DNA of 64,000 bases from Eledone cirrhosa (GCA_964016885.1 OZ024743.1:292330001-292394000), one strand, 5' to 3'; counted from the stretch's first letter, positions 29,201 to 41,329 are shown. The notes: generated from the sequence alone by a model not told the origin. Made by a program: numbers and translations.

Positions 29201-29794
29201 AATAGCTTGATCTGATCAATTTCTATATCAGTTAGTAACATTTTTCTTACAATATTTCTTCGTATATTGGCTAGTTTGTTACTGTCAATATAGCCTCTGT
29301 TTTCGGGATGTTTCTTTTTCCAGTTGATATATGTCTGTTCTGTATTCGATGTATTTGATGGGTAGTACATGGCAGTGTAGAAAGCCTCAAGTACTTCTTT
29401 ATTATCTTCCCTTGACCATTTTTCTCTCTTTTTCTTTGGATTTCTTGGTGGTGAGCATGGAGGGCCAACAGTAGGAGTATTCCGGTTATGGGAGGTCTCC
29501 AGCTCCGAAGTGATGGGAAGGTTTGAACCATTAGCTGATTTTTCGACACCAGTCTGGTTCCTCTCTGAGGGACGCGGCCCTTTTTTACCCGGGTGACGGC
29601 CGATCCGGTATGAGATTTTATCATTAGACATTTACTTTATTTTGTCGCGTTTTATCCTTATCCGCCAAGGGGTAATCATTTCGTGTTACCACTTCTAGAA
29701 CGAGTGTCAACCAAGACTAGAGGGGTCGTTCTCCCCTAGAGACACGACTATTCCCCGCCGGCCGCCATCCCGGTATTTCTTGGTCATGGGGTTT
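26281..29794 (-). mobile_element. R4/Dong-clade element family B copy 1 (5' complete, 3' deleted, frameshifted)
   Basis: ATG at 29631; Myb-like KWSREDNKEVLEAFY; DYKKAFD, GIFQGD, YMDD; ends inside the RLE at NRPDII. Confidence 0.9.
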
Positions 29795-29811
29795 TTATTA
29801 TTATTATTATT

Positions 29812-31652
29812 TGCATTTATCTTGCTTTATGTTCATACGAGTTATCACCAAGTCACAACCAGTGACCTCAAGAGACAACAAGGTCCGCCATGTTCAAGAA
29901 AGAACATACATATTCACACATGCATCCTTAGTGTTTAGACTTGTGATGTAATTATATTGACAGGATCTTCTTTAGTATATGGGCAGTTCCCATTAGTACT
30001 ATCTTTTGTATTTCTCCTATACGCGGGTTTCCTGGGATTTGCGATAAGTAGTCGTTAGACCCCTTAGGTATCATTCCCAGAGCGCCTACAACCACTGGTA
30101 TTGTTTTAGTTCTCAATTTCCACATTTTTCCAATTTCTATCTCCAGGTCCTTATACTTGCTCAATTTTTCAAATGTTTTTATAGATACATTCTTGTCTAT
30201 TGGAACAGACATATCAATTAGCAGGCATACCCTCCTTTGAAAGTCCTTCAATATTATATCAGGCCTATTTGCATCTATTTTTCGGCCTGTTTGGATGCTA
30301 AAGTTCCACAAGATTGAGATGTGATCTTTTTCAAGTATGGGAGGTGGTTGATGCTCCCACCAATTCTTTTGATGGGGCAGGTCAAAATGCTTACACATTA
30401 TCCAATGTATGTATTGTGCAGCTCTGTCATGCCTGTTTAGGTATTCGGTTGGAGCTATAGGACTGCACATTGAAATTATATGGTCAATGGTCTCTGGTTG
30501 TTTTTTGCATACACGGCATAATGGGCTGCACCCATTTTTTATTATGTTGGCTTGGTAATTTTTTGTTGGCAGACACTGATCTTGTGCCGATATAATCAGT
30601 CCTTCAGTCTCCGATTTCAGTCCAGAGGATGCCAACCACTGATGGGTTAAAGTTTTGTCAACATCAGGATTGTTAGCTCGCTCTGGGTATTTTCCATACA
30701 GAGGCTTTTCTTGCCATTTCTTAGCCAGTTTCTGTAGCAGTTCTTTCTTTTCAGTTACTTTTACCTGCTTTGCTTTTTCTCTGTTTTCCATTTCAGCAGT
30801 AAATGGAACTTCTGAAATTTGTAGTCCATTACTATATCTTTGTGCATCTTTTGTAATGGAATATGATCTTTTGGTGCTTTCGTGTTTCAAAACGAGTTTG
30901 ATAATCCAATCATGTGATTCCCTTAGATATGTGGATAATCCAATTGTTGCAGTTTTTAACGCGATGTCTAACTGGATTAACCCACGTCCTCCTTCTTTCC
31001 TAGGGAGATATATTCTATCTATGGCTGCCTTAGGGTGATGCATTCTGTGCATGGTTAAGAATTTTCGGATTTTTGTATCGAGCCTACGGATCTCTGTGCT
31101 TGACCAGTTGATGACATTGTAACTGTAGGTTACTACTGGTATGGCAAACGTGTTTATGGCATCGATCCTATTCCTTGCATTCAATTCCGTTCTTAAGATT
31201 GCTCTGACTCTGCGGTAACATTCCTTCCTTATCCTTTCCCTCATTGTCGAGTGCTTGATTCCGTCTCCTTCACAAACACCTAGATATTTGTAAGTTTTTT
31301 CTTGATCAAGCTCTCTTATCACGTTCCCCCGATCAAGATTAATGTCTGAACTCTTCAGCAGCTTTCCTCTGGTGAACGTTGCTTTGGCGCATTTATCAAG
31401 TCCAAACTCCATTTTAATGTCATCACTGAACTGCTTCACAGTGGATAATAGCCCTCGCAATTGTTCATCATTTTTTGCAAATAGTTTCAGGTCATCCATG
31501 TAGAACAGGTGATTAATGGTTTTGTCATAGACTCTATATCCATGTTTTGTTTCATTGAGCATTTTACTTAATGGTATAAGTGCGATGCAGAATAAAAGCG
31601 GTGATAAAGAGTCACCCTGAAAAATTCCACAATTAATATTAACTTCTCCAGC
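29812..31652 (-). mobile_element. Dong family B copy 2, 5'-truncated
   Basis: ORF 29952-31562 has YMDD, CRVC..ETIDHIISMC, RHD, RPD..ID..EKLSKY. (TTA)n on both sides. Confidence 0.92.
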
Positions 31653-31681
31653 TTATTATTATTATTATTATTATTATTATT

Positions 31682-34600
31682 GGCGACCTACGTAGTAAAT
31701 CGTATCATCGTGAGCTCCGCAAAGGTTTGTTATTTCCGTTTGTTAAAAATTGCCATTCATGGAAAATTTTTATTGTTAACCATATATAAGCGCACATACA
31801 TTGTTTTCTGAAAAGGACACCCAAAAAGATTGGGGCCTTGTGCCCAAAATTTTAACTTTTATTATTATCAAAAATTTCTTTGAAAAAAAAATGGCTAATT
31901 CAACTCTGCACCAAGCAGCTGAAAGCCTTCCTCACAAATTAACACCTCACACCGACACCACCATTGTAAATGTTACTACGTTTGCCAACACAAAAAAAAA
32001 TATAAGCAGTAGCAATATTTTAAATTTGTCTCAGGTACACATTCATTTCCCGCCATTACCAATGACTGCAGGTGTTAAAGCCTCCACTACCACCACCACC
32101 GCGACAACCCCCACCCCCACCACCACCGCGACAACAGAAACGAAAGAAGAAAAAAATTAATTAACTCGTGATGTCGAAATGAAATCAAGCAAAATGGACT
32201 CTTCCCCACCAAAGACGACTGACGTCACCACCAGCACAACTGAAACTAAAATTAATATTAACCCAAATAACGATAGCAACAACAACAACAATGACATTAT
32301 AAAACCGACCCTCAGTTTCGCCAGAGTAGCAAAACAGTTCGAAGCATTTACGGTAACTCAGGAGGATTTAGAAAATGCCAAACAAATGGTAAAGAAAGAT
32401 GGGTACAGGGTCAGCCTCACACACACCACCCCTAATAAAATGGAGCATCGGCGCCTATGCACCGTGTCGTATAGAACAATAAATGTAAAATCGCGCCGAG
32501 TGGAACGGGCATCCGTGTCCCAAATCCAAAAAGCTTTGGGACATGTGTGGGCAAGAAAAACCCACATCTGACGTGGGCAAAAATATGGAACCGTGGACGT
32601 GTTCTTTGAAACACCAGAGGAGGCTAGAGAACACTCCATGGCCCCATTAAGAAGAGACGACTTCACACTCGTCCCAAGCTATTGTGGCCAGAGACTCGTA
32701 AAGATGAGGGTGACCCACGTTCCACCGGCCATCGAAATTCCCTGGCTAATAGCGGCCGTCCTCGCCGGCATCGAAGCCAACACAAAAATAATAGCAACAG
32801 CAAAAGAAAAGCAGGAGAACTGGTCCGGATCTGGGATGGAGCTCCTGATCCAAGCGGACCAAAAAAGCATTGAGTAGATCCCAGAGATAATAGACCTCAC
32901 TAACGGCAGCCATCTCACGGTAATTGTCGAGGGCAGAAGACCTAGGTGTGTCGTTTGTGGTGAAGGAACCCACCAAAGGGCTTTCTGCCCTCAGGCTAAA
33001 AGGTTGAGGCCACCTCTCCTACCCTCCCCAGTGACACAACCATCAACACCACCAGTAGCAGAGATGGCAGCAACAACTGTAGCAGCAACAACAGAAGCAA
33101 CTATAACAGCAACAACCCAGCAACAGTAGCAAAACCAACACCACCACCACCACCAGCAAAACCAACACCCCCACCACCCAACGCTTCAGAACTAGCACCA
33201 GCGCCTACACCATCCACCACGCCACAACCAAAACTAACGCTTGTGGAGGATTTTCCACTCCCCGGCCTATCACAACTGGAGACAGATTGTGACGACGAGG
33301 AGTGGGAAACAATATCCGGAAAAAAAAAAGAAACCAAAAAAGAAAAAAATTCTCTTCCTTCCCCCTCCAAAAACAAAATACAGAGGGAAACAAATAAACT
33401 AAGAAACAAAAAAGTTAGGACAGATATGCCACCATCCACACCAGCATCACCAACCCCATCAACCCAAACACCAACCCCATCACCATCATTAACTCCAACA
33501 CCACCATCACCTACACCACAAAAGTCACCAAAATGCGAAACAGAAACAAACCCACAACAAACGCAAACAAAACAAAACAACCAAAACGATACACACTACA
33601 CAGCATTAAATTTGAACAATAAGCAATTATTACACTACATCCAACACAACACCAGCATCACAGAAAAAGACTACACAACAACCCCAAAATACACACCACC
33701 TCCACACATACAAATCACTCGCATCACACAGAAAACGTACATGACACTAAAACAAAAATTCCCCAAAGACATCGGAGACTTCCGACAAGCACTCTCCAGG
33801 AGGATTTATAAGGATATCCTTCCTGAGGAGGCCACAAGCAGTGAAAAGGATGGAAAAACCGTCCTTCCCCTACGAGAAGTAAGGTAAGTGGTCTTTCCCA
33901 CCTTTTCCACTCCTTTTCAACATGACCTCACTCAGAATAGGCAGCATAAATGCGCGTGGCTTGGGGTCGTCATGGAAGCAGGGCCACCTGCTCAACGACC
34001 TCAGGTCACTAAACATAGATGTAGTGGCCATCAGCGAGACCAGAATCTCCGAAGCACAGGCTTTCGCACCGATCTTCGGCGGATACGATGTGTACGCATC
34101 TCCCAGCCGTCCGGGATCGGGGTGGGAGGAGTTGCTGTGGTTTTTCGGAGAGGTTTGGATCTTGCCATACGGGCCATCTTCCTGGACCCAGAAGGTAAGT
34201 TGGTGGTGCTGGACGTGACTAGCGGAGACGGGCAAGCTTTCAGGTTAGTGGCCGTCTATGCCCCGACAGGAGCAGGGCGGCCTCGTTTCTTCCGGCGTCT
34301 GGAGACCTTTCTTGGAACGTCCCGCTCTTTAGTGTTAGTGGGCGACTGGAACGGGATCTTAGATGCACGCTGGGATTGTGTGGGATTAGTGGATAGGGAA
34401 GGAGGGTGCAAGAGTCTCACCAACCTGCTCAGACGTTTTGAACTGTCTGACAGGTACCGAATGGATTTCCCGAATGTACCAATGTGGACTTGGACAAATC
34501 GCATAGGGTCATCCAGATCATATCTAGATAGAGTATGTTGTAGGGAAATAGATAGGTCTAGCATAGGCTGTCCACAATTCAAGATAGTCAGCTACACGGA

Positions 34601-37585
34601 CCAAAAATTCGTGATCTGTGTGATTGACTTAGATAGGCTTCATAGGCGAGGACCCGGCTACTGGAAGCTAAACGCGTCCTTACCAGCGCGCAAGGCCTAC
34701 AGAGACCGGATTAGCGAACTAGTTAAGCGGGCGTTGACGGGGGCCATCGTCAACAACAAGTGGTGGTTTGCTCTGAAAAGAGCAATTAGAATAGAGTCCA
34801 TTAGGTTTAGTAAGACTTTAGCAATAGAGAAAAATAGAGCAGAGGGAGAACTAGTTAGAAAATTAGATGAGGCGCTTAGCAAAGGCATCGCGACCGACGT
34901 GCTTGCGGCGAAATTGGCCCTTGACCAATTCTTCAATGCAAAGCACGAAGGCTGCGTTGTCAGAGCTAGGGTGCGTGCTCTCAGACACGAGGGGACGAAA
35001 GCCGTTCAATGGGCCCGAGTGGCGGAGGCGCGTCGTGGCAACAGAGCCACGATCCGGTCTTTGGTGGACCACGACGGGCGCATGCTACTCGATCCCGGGC
35101 AAATGTGTGAAGCTTTTCAGCGACACTTCGCTCAACTGTTCGGGGGCAGTGGCGGGCCGGATCGAGGGATGGACTTTAGTGTCTAACTCGACGGACTGCC
35201 GCGGCTTTCGGCCACTGAGGCGGAGTGTTGCGAAAAGCCGATAACAACCGCTGAAGTACGGGATGCAATGACTAGTTGCACAAGGGGTAAATCGCCTGGT
35301 TTCGATGGTCTGCCCTATGAACTTTACGTACAAATGCCAAACTTGTTCGGGGGCCTCTTGGCGGATGTCTACTGCAACTGGCAACAGAACGGGAGAATTC
35401 CCAGCTCTGTGAGCCGAGGAGCGGTGGCCCTGCTGAGAAAGGATCCGAACAAGGGGGATAACATAGATAATTTTAGGCCCATAACTCTGCTAAACACAGA
35501 GTTCAAGATTTTGGCCAAGGTGCTAGCAAAGAGGTTGGCGCTTGTCGTTGGTGGTCTGGTGGGAGAGGCACAGACATGCGCCATTCGCGACAGATCCATC
35601 CACGACAACCTCCACCTCATGCGATACATCGTAGAGAGGGTAGCTAGGGAACCTGGCACGGGTGGGTCTTTGATCAATTTAGATCAGTCGAAAGCCTTCT
35701 ATAGGGTCGACCATCGTTACCTAGAGGCAGTCCTGAGGGCGGCTGGCTTTGGGCCCGTCTTCAGAGGCTGGATCGCTGCCATGCACAGCAACATCTGCTC
35801 TGTAGTGAGAGTGAAGGGTCACCCTTCGGAACCGTTCAACATCATGCGCTCGGTCCGCCAAGGATGTCCCCTCTCGTCCCTATTGTACGTATTGACTCTC
35901 GAGCCATTACTGCACAAACTGGAGACGTTCAGGGGGATCCCGCGCGAAATAGGATGCGGAAGATCCGTGTCAGCATATGCCGACGATGTCACCGTAGTGG
36001 TGTCGAACGCCAAATACATCGAGGCGATCGGCACTACACTAAGAGAATACGAAGCGGTGAGAGGAGCAATGATCAACCAGGAAAAGTCAGTTGGCCTGCA
36101 GCTCAGCACCTGGAGAGGCAGGTCCATGCCGTCCAACAGCGTCGTCGGGCGCTGGACAGACGGACCCGTTAAATTGCTAGGGGTCTGGTTCGGTCAAGAC
36201 CTCCAGACGGACAAAAACTGGGACGAGGTGACGAGCAGGGTGGCTTCTCTCACCCAGAAATGGGCCGAGAGGAAGCTATCCCTGAAAGGTCGAGCGGAGG
36301 TGGCTAACGCGTACATCGCGTCCGTCATCTATTACCGCCTGACCGTCGTACCTTGTCCTAAGCCCCGCCTGACTGCGCTGGAGCGTTTGCTCTTTCGCTT
36401 CTTGTGGAAGGGACGCGCTCCGATGGTCAGGCGGTCCATCTGCTGTCAACACCCACTACGTGGAGGGCTGGGCATGCCGTGGCTGATGATGCGCAGACAC
36501 GCGCTCAGGCTACGACATCTCCACATCTTCCTCGACGGTGATCAGGTGTGGTCGCCATTTGCTAGACACGTTTTTCCCCAGCTCGTCTCCTTGACGGAGC
36601 TGCAGTCCTGGGTCAAGCGAAGACCGAGAGGGAGCGCTTGGAGACTGGAATGTCTTCAGGCGCTCACAGCCCTCGACCAATCGGGCAATGTGATAGTGGA
36701 AACTCCACCTTGGCGTTCTATAGGGGATTAGTGGAGGTGAAGAGCGACGACGTACTTGGAGAAAATCTAGGCGTCGACGAAAATCAACTAGCCAATCTCT
36801 TCGGAAGGACTTTCGGGCCGGGGCCTATGGACAACTTCCAGAAATCCCTGGCCTGGCAGTGCTACCGGGGTGCTTTGCCAGTTCGGGATAAACTTTACAA
36901 GCATGGAGGTGCCGTCAGCCGGGCATGTCTGAGATGCGCACAGGGCGACGAAACCGTCCTGCACGCACTCGTCCAGTGTCCGAGCATTGCTGACTTGTGG
37001 GTTTATGTCGAACACCTGCTGTCACGTGTAGGACGGATCCAGCTATCAGCTGAGTCCATCGTGAGGTTTGCTCCGCCCTCTTCCTTTAGCCGGGAAGGGC
37101 AGGCAGTTTTTATCTGTCTGGTGGCCATGGCGAAAGAGATAGTATGGTGGACACGTTTGAAAGGGCTGAAGACGAGCACTTACCTCTTCGGTGATGCCCT
37201 GATTAACTTTTTCAAATTTCATTTGAAAAGGAAAATCAGGGTAGAGAGGGAAGTGCTCTCTTCCCAGCATTTTGTTGAAAGATGGGTGAGAGAAGCAAGT
37301 ATAGCCCGAATGAATGGGCCTTCTCTGAGTATGTGTCTGTAAATTAAAGGTGGAAAACTGGGAGAGGGCACTTGCCCTGGTGGTCAGGGCCACTGTGGTC
37401 TGTTAATGGGCTTTCTCCACAAATGTCCCTCGGAAGTCTCCCCCCTATTGGGGAATTTTTCTTTGTTATTTTATTTCATCCTCTGTTTTTTTTACACGCA
37501 GAAATGCCCATTTGTACCGTACTGTATTGTCCTATACCGTCCTTAATGTCTACTTTATGTAAACCCTTGTGGTTAATAAAGAAAA

Positions 37586-37587
<2 letters not shown>
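31682..37587 (+). mobile_element. Tx1-clade LINE copy 2, full length (5' module type 2), disrupted ORFs
   Basis: ORF1 31891-33887 (several stops; knuckle CVVCGEGTHQRAFC). ORF2 33922-37342 (frameshifts, TAA at 35184-86). 3' AATAAAgaaaaca then (TTA)n. Confidence 0.92.
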
Positions 37588-37616
<29 letters not shown>

Positions 37617-37628
37617 GTTATTGTTATT

Positions 37629-40600
37629 CCTTGAATCTCAGTCATTGATGTTGGTTAACTGGAAAGTCCGTTGGATTGAATATCAAGCCACTACCTGCAG
37701 CCTCAGATATTCAGGACGTATCGGAGGGTTCTTGCCGTTCCAAGCAAGCATGCCTTTTGAAGCGTTCCAAAAAGCGTGAAGGGGCCGATTTTCTTTAACC
37801 ATCCCTGGAAACCTTTGGAGATAGTCCCCAGTGCGCCTATGACAATCGGGATCACTTTGACTTCATGGCAGTTCCAAATCCTTTTCACCTCCCACTTTAG
37901 GTCCTGGTATCGGTTAATTTTCTCCCTCTCCTTCTCTTGCACTCTCGTGTCGAACGGGCAGGCCACATCCACAATCAGGCACGATCTTTTTTCTTTGTCC
38001 ACAACCACAAGGTCAGGTCTATTGTGTTCCAGTTTTTTGTCCGTCTGTATCCTAAAATCCCACAGCACCTTCACCTGACTGTTCTCCATCACCGCCTCTG
38101 GCCTATGCTCATACCATTTCTCAGAATGTGGTAGATTGTTTACTTTGCACAGGTGCCAGTGGATCACCCTGCCCATCACATCGTGTCTCCAGCCCTTATA
38201 GTGGGTCTGGGCTAGGTGTTTACACTCGGACACAATGTGAGCCACAGTCTCCTCTCTCTCTCCACAGATCCTGCACAGTGGGCTAGCCTCCTCCTTGTAG
38301 ATATGGTGCTTCAACCACTTCGTTTTGAGGGCCTGCTCCTGCGCAGCCATTAGCATTCCTTCTGTAGCCTTTTTGAGGTCTCCTCTTCTCAACCAGTTAC
38401 ATGTCTGTGGATCTCTAAATTCAGTTTTCTCAAAGAAGGTACTATGAAGGGATTTTCCCTTAAGGCTGCTCTTCCTCCTTGATGTTATTTCCTCCTTGGG
38501 TATCCCCTGGCCTACTGTCCCCTCCTTCAGTACAGCTCTGAGCATTGGCTCCTTACTATAGGTCACGTATTTGTATAGGTTGTTTTTCTCCATCTGAACA
38601 CAGTCCTCTATGCTGATAAGACCTCTTCCACCCTCAGATCTCCTTAGGTAGAGTCTATCGACATCACTCCTCTTGTGGAACATGTTGTAGATAGTCAATA
38701 GCTTCCTAGTCTTCCTATCCATTTCTTTTTGTTCAGCAACATTCCATCTCAGAATTCCCGCACTGTACCTAATAATAGACACAGCTCGGGAATTTACTGC
38801 GCTTATGGCATTTCTGCTGTTCAGATGTGACTTCAATACGCTCCTTACTCTCCGAATGTATTCAGTTCTTAACAATTCCTTCATTTTTTTGTTCTTTATG
38901 CCATCAGCCTCCAGAACGCCCAAATACTTGTATCCTTCCTCAGAGTCAATTTCCTTTATCATCTCACCTGTTGGTATCTGGATCCCGTTACTTCTGCTCA
39001 ACCTACCCCTCCTCATCACAATGACTCCACATTTACCAATACCAAACTGCATACATATATCACTGCTGAAAATACGGACAGTGTCAACAAGCACATCCAA
39101 CTCCTTCTCACTTTTCCCGAAGAGCTTAAGATCGTCCATGAAGAGGAGGTGATTGATGGTAAGCTCTCCCCTTCCCAACTTGTATCCTGCTCTCACTTTT
39201 CGCAGCATAATGGTCAAGGGCATCAGGGCAAGGACAAACAACAGAGGGGACAGGCTATCTCCCTGGAAGATACCTCTCTTGATCTTCACGCTTCCCAAGG
39301 ATACTCCAGTTGATGTCAACTCTGTCTCCCAGGACCCCATACTCCTGCCCAGCAACTGTCTGATGTTATCTGCCACCCTGAAGATCTCCAGGCTTTTGGT
39401 GATCCAGGAATGAGGCACCATGTCAAATGCCTTTCTGTAGTCTATCCATCCCATGGCAAGATCAGTGTGTCTCCTCCTGCAATTCCCCATTACCATCTTA
39501 TCAATAAGCAACTGGTCCTTTGTACCACGTGACTTCTTTCGGCATCCTTTCTGTTCGTCCGGCAACAAGTTGTTTGTGTGGAGGTGATGGTAGATTTCCT
39601 CAGACACAATGCTCGTCAACAGTTTCCACATTACGGGCAGACATGTGATAGGTCTATAGTTGGTAACATCATTACCCTTGATTCGGTCTTTCATTATCAG
39701 AACTGTGGTACCTTTTGTCAACCACTCTGGCACCTCACCCGACACCAAGCAGTCATTGAACATGGCCGTCAGCTTCGGGTGGAGGGATGTTAAATGTTTA
39801 ATCCAATACTCCTGCACACCATCTGGGCCTGGTGATTTCCAGTTGGTTAGTTTTTTGGCTTGCCCCTTAAGAGTTTCAACTGTGATACTCAAATCAGTCT
39901 GTTGCTGTGCCTGCTCACCGATCTCCCTCTGTACTGTCTCAATCCACCCTGCCTGGGCATTGTGTCTAACATCCTGCTCCCATATTCCTCTCCAGAATGT
40001 TTTAGCTTGTTCCGCCCCAGGGATCAAGTCGGTGCCTCTTTCTTTCCCCTCAAGCTGTCCAAACAGCATCTTCTGGCTGTTGTCGAACATGCGGTTCTGT
40101 TTATACTGACTGACTCTGTTCTCGTATCGCCTGATTTTGGCACTCTTTGCTACAATGCGTTGCTTCAATTCCTCTATGATAATATTTAGCTTTTTACTCC
40201 TAGTTTTGTATTTTATTTCCAGTCTATTTTTAGTGCCTATGTTTTTTAGTGTCCCATTCAGTAGTGACTCAAGCTTTCCTATGTCATTTCTCATTTCCCC
40301 GATTTGCCCACTCAGTCGCTTCTTCCACCACGGCTCTGCTCTTTCTTGTCTGTTGTTTCCTCTCGCTTTTATACCAAGTAGTTTCCTCACCGTATTTGCT
40401 GTTGCTTTGAGGATATTGTTGCACTGGTGAAGACTCCTCGCCTCAAGGTATGGGATGACTTTGTTTACCTTAGCTGTTGTTTCTTTTAACTTTTTCCTGT
40501 CTACAAATCTTAGGTTCATAGGTCTCCCACTATCATTGTTCAACTCATCTACCACTAAATTTAGGATGTCAACCGAATCTTGTCCTAGCCCGTCAGCATT

Positions 40601-41211
40601 CATCTCCTCAGTGGCCGTATCTCTGTTCCAGGTATTATTTATCTCAGTATTCAGATCATTGTCTGCTTCGGGTGGTTCCTCCGCTCTCAGGACCTCCTCA
40701 CCTTCATTTCCCGCCGGCTCGCTTGTCTGGCATACTACACCCGCCATCTCCAAGCCATTCTCTCTGCCCAGTTCCTCCAGTTCCAGCTCGCTTATCCACC
40801 CATTAGTTCTTATTACCCGAGCCTGCCCGGCCAATTTTTGTTCATCTAATTTAAATAAACCAATCTCGTTCCAGATGTTATGCATCCGTCTCCTGTAGCC
40901 CCTCTCCTTGGGGTTACTTTTCAGGTAGCATTGCATAACAGTTCTATTCAATTCTTTCGTCCAGTTGGTTCTGGCCCCTTTCCTTCTTCTTCTTCCTCCA
41001 ACATCAGCAGTATTTCGTTGACAGTCAGGTTCCTGCTGCTGAGCCAGGGGGCACCTGTTGGGTGAGAGTCTGTCACATGACGTTCTAGTCTCCATTTCAC
41101 CGTTATTCGAACTGTTTATGTTCGATATTTAAACACTCTTATCGAGGATTGGCGAATGTATGTTTACATAGCCATCTGTGGATCCGCCATCCCACTTGGC
41201 CCTTGTGTGGC
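37629..41211 (-). mobile_element. R4/Dong-clade element family A, apparently full length
   Basis: Single long ORF, 3' end abutting (TAA)n on -. The 5' end is placed at ~41211 by analogy with the family B 5' motif, so it is approximate. Confidence 0.85.
37703..41095 (-). CDS. Intact 1130-aa R4/Dong polyprotein (Myb-like N-terminus, RT, CCHC, restriction-like endonuclease)
   Basis: NWTKELNRTVMQCY...GYRRRM; KSPGPDGV, NYRPITCL, DYRKAFD, GIFQGDSLSP, FMDD; CRICGEREETVAHIVSEC; RHD, RPD...VDVACP, EREKINRY. Confidence 0.93.
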   Translation of the reverse strand: METRTSCDRLSPNRCPLAQQQEPDCQRNTADVGGRRRRKGARTNWTKELNRTVMQCYLKSNPKERGYRRRMHNIWNEIGLFKLDEQKLAGQARVIRTNGWISELELEELGRENGLEMAGVVCQTSEPAGNEGEEVLRAEEPPEADNDLNTEINNTWNRDTATEEMNADGLGQDSVDILNLVVDELNNDSGRPMNLRFVDRKKLKETTAKVNKVIPYLEARSLHQCNNILKATANTVRKLLGIKARGNNRQERAEPWWKKRLSGQIGEMRNDIGKLESLLNGTLKNIGTKNRLEIKYKTRSKKLNIIIEELKQRIVAKSAKIRRYENRVSQYKQNRMFDNSQKMLFGQLEGKERGTDLIPGAEQAKTFWRGIWEQDVRHNAQAGWIETVQREIGEQAQQQTDLSITVETLKGQAKKLTNWKSPGPDGVQEYWIKHLTSLHPKLTAMFNDCLVSGEVPEWLTKGTTVLIMKDRIKGNDVTNYRPITCLPVMWKLLTSIVSEEIYHHLHTNNLLPDEQKGCRKKSRGTKDQLLIDKMVMGNCRRRHTDLAMGWIDYRKAFDMVPHSWITKSLEIFRVADNIRQLLGRSMGSWETELTSTGVSLGSVKIKRGIFQGDSLSPLLFVLALMPLTIMLRKVRAGYKLGRGELTINHLLFMDDLKLFGKSEKELDVLVDTVRIFSSDICMQFGIGKCGVIVMRRGRLSRSNGIQIPTGEMIKEIDSEEGYKYLGVLEADGIKNKKMKELLRTEYIRRVRSVLKSHLNSRNAISAVNSRAVSIIRYSAGILRWNVAEQKEMDRKTRKLLTIYNMFHKRSDVDRLYLRRSEGGRGLISIEDCVQMEKNNLYKYVTYSKEPMLRAVLKEGTVGQGIPKEEITSRRKSSLKGKSLHSTFFEKTEFRDPQTCNWLRRGDLKKATEGMLMAAQEQALKTKWLKHHIYKEEASPLCRICGEREETVAHIVSECKHLAQTHYKGWRHDVMGRVIHWHLCKVNNLPHSEKWYEHRPEAVMENSQVKVLWDFRIQTDKKLEHNRPDLVVVDKEKRSCLIVDVACPFDTRVQEKEREKINRYQDLKWEVKRIWNCHEVKVIPIVIGALGTISKGFQGWLKKIGPFTLFGTLQKACLLGTARTLRYVLNI

Positions 41212-41329
41212 ATTATCACCACGCTGTATACGGACACACATAAACAAACAAACACACGGGCAGAAAGGGCCCCAAAAATGAATAAGCATAAGTTTCATTG
41301 TAATGTAGTATTCGAATGTCTGACTTAGT

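Noticed and set aside
34110-34135. Programmed frameshift in the Tx1 ORF2 G-run
   Set aside because: Copy 1 is in frame at this site (GSGGGVAV), so the shift in copies 2 and 3 is a shared mutation or homopolymer error.
37776-40898. Antisense ORFs over the Dong and Tx1 coding regions
   Set aside because: They are shadows of the coding strand, with no motifs.
41096-41280. HDV-like ribozyme at the Dong-A 5' end
   Set aside because: Only GGCCCTT/AAGGGCC and a small hairpin were found. P1.1, P3/L3 and the catalytic C context could not be assigned by eye.
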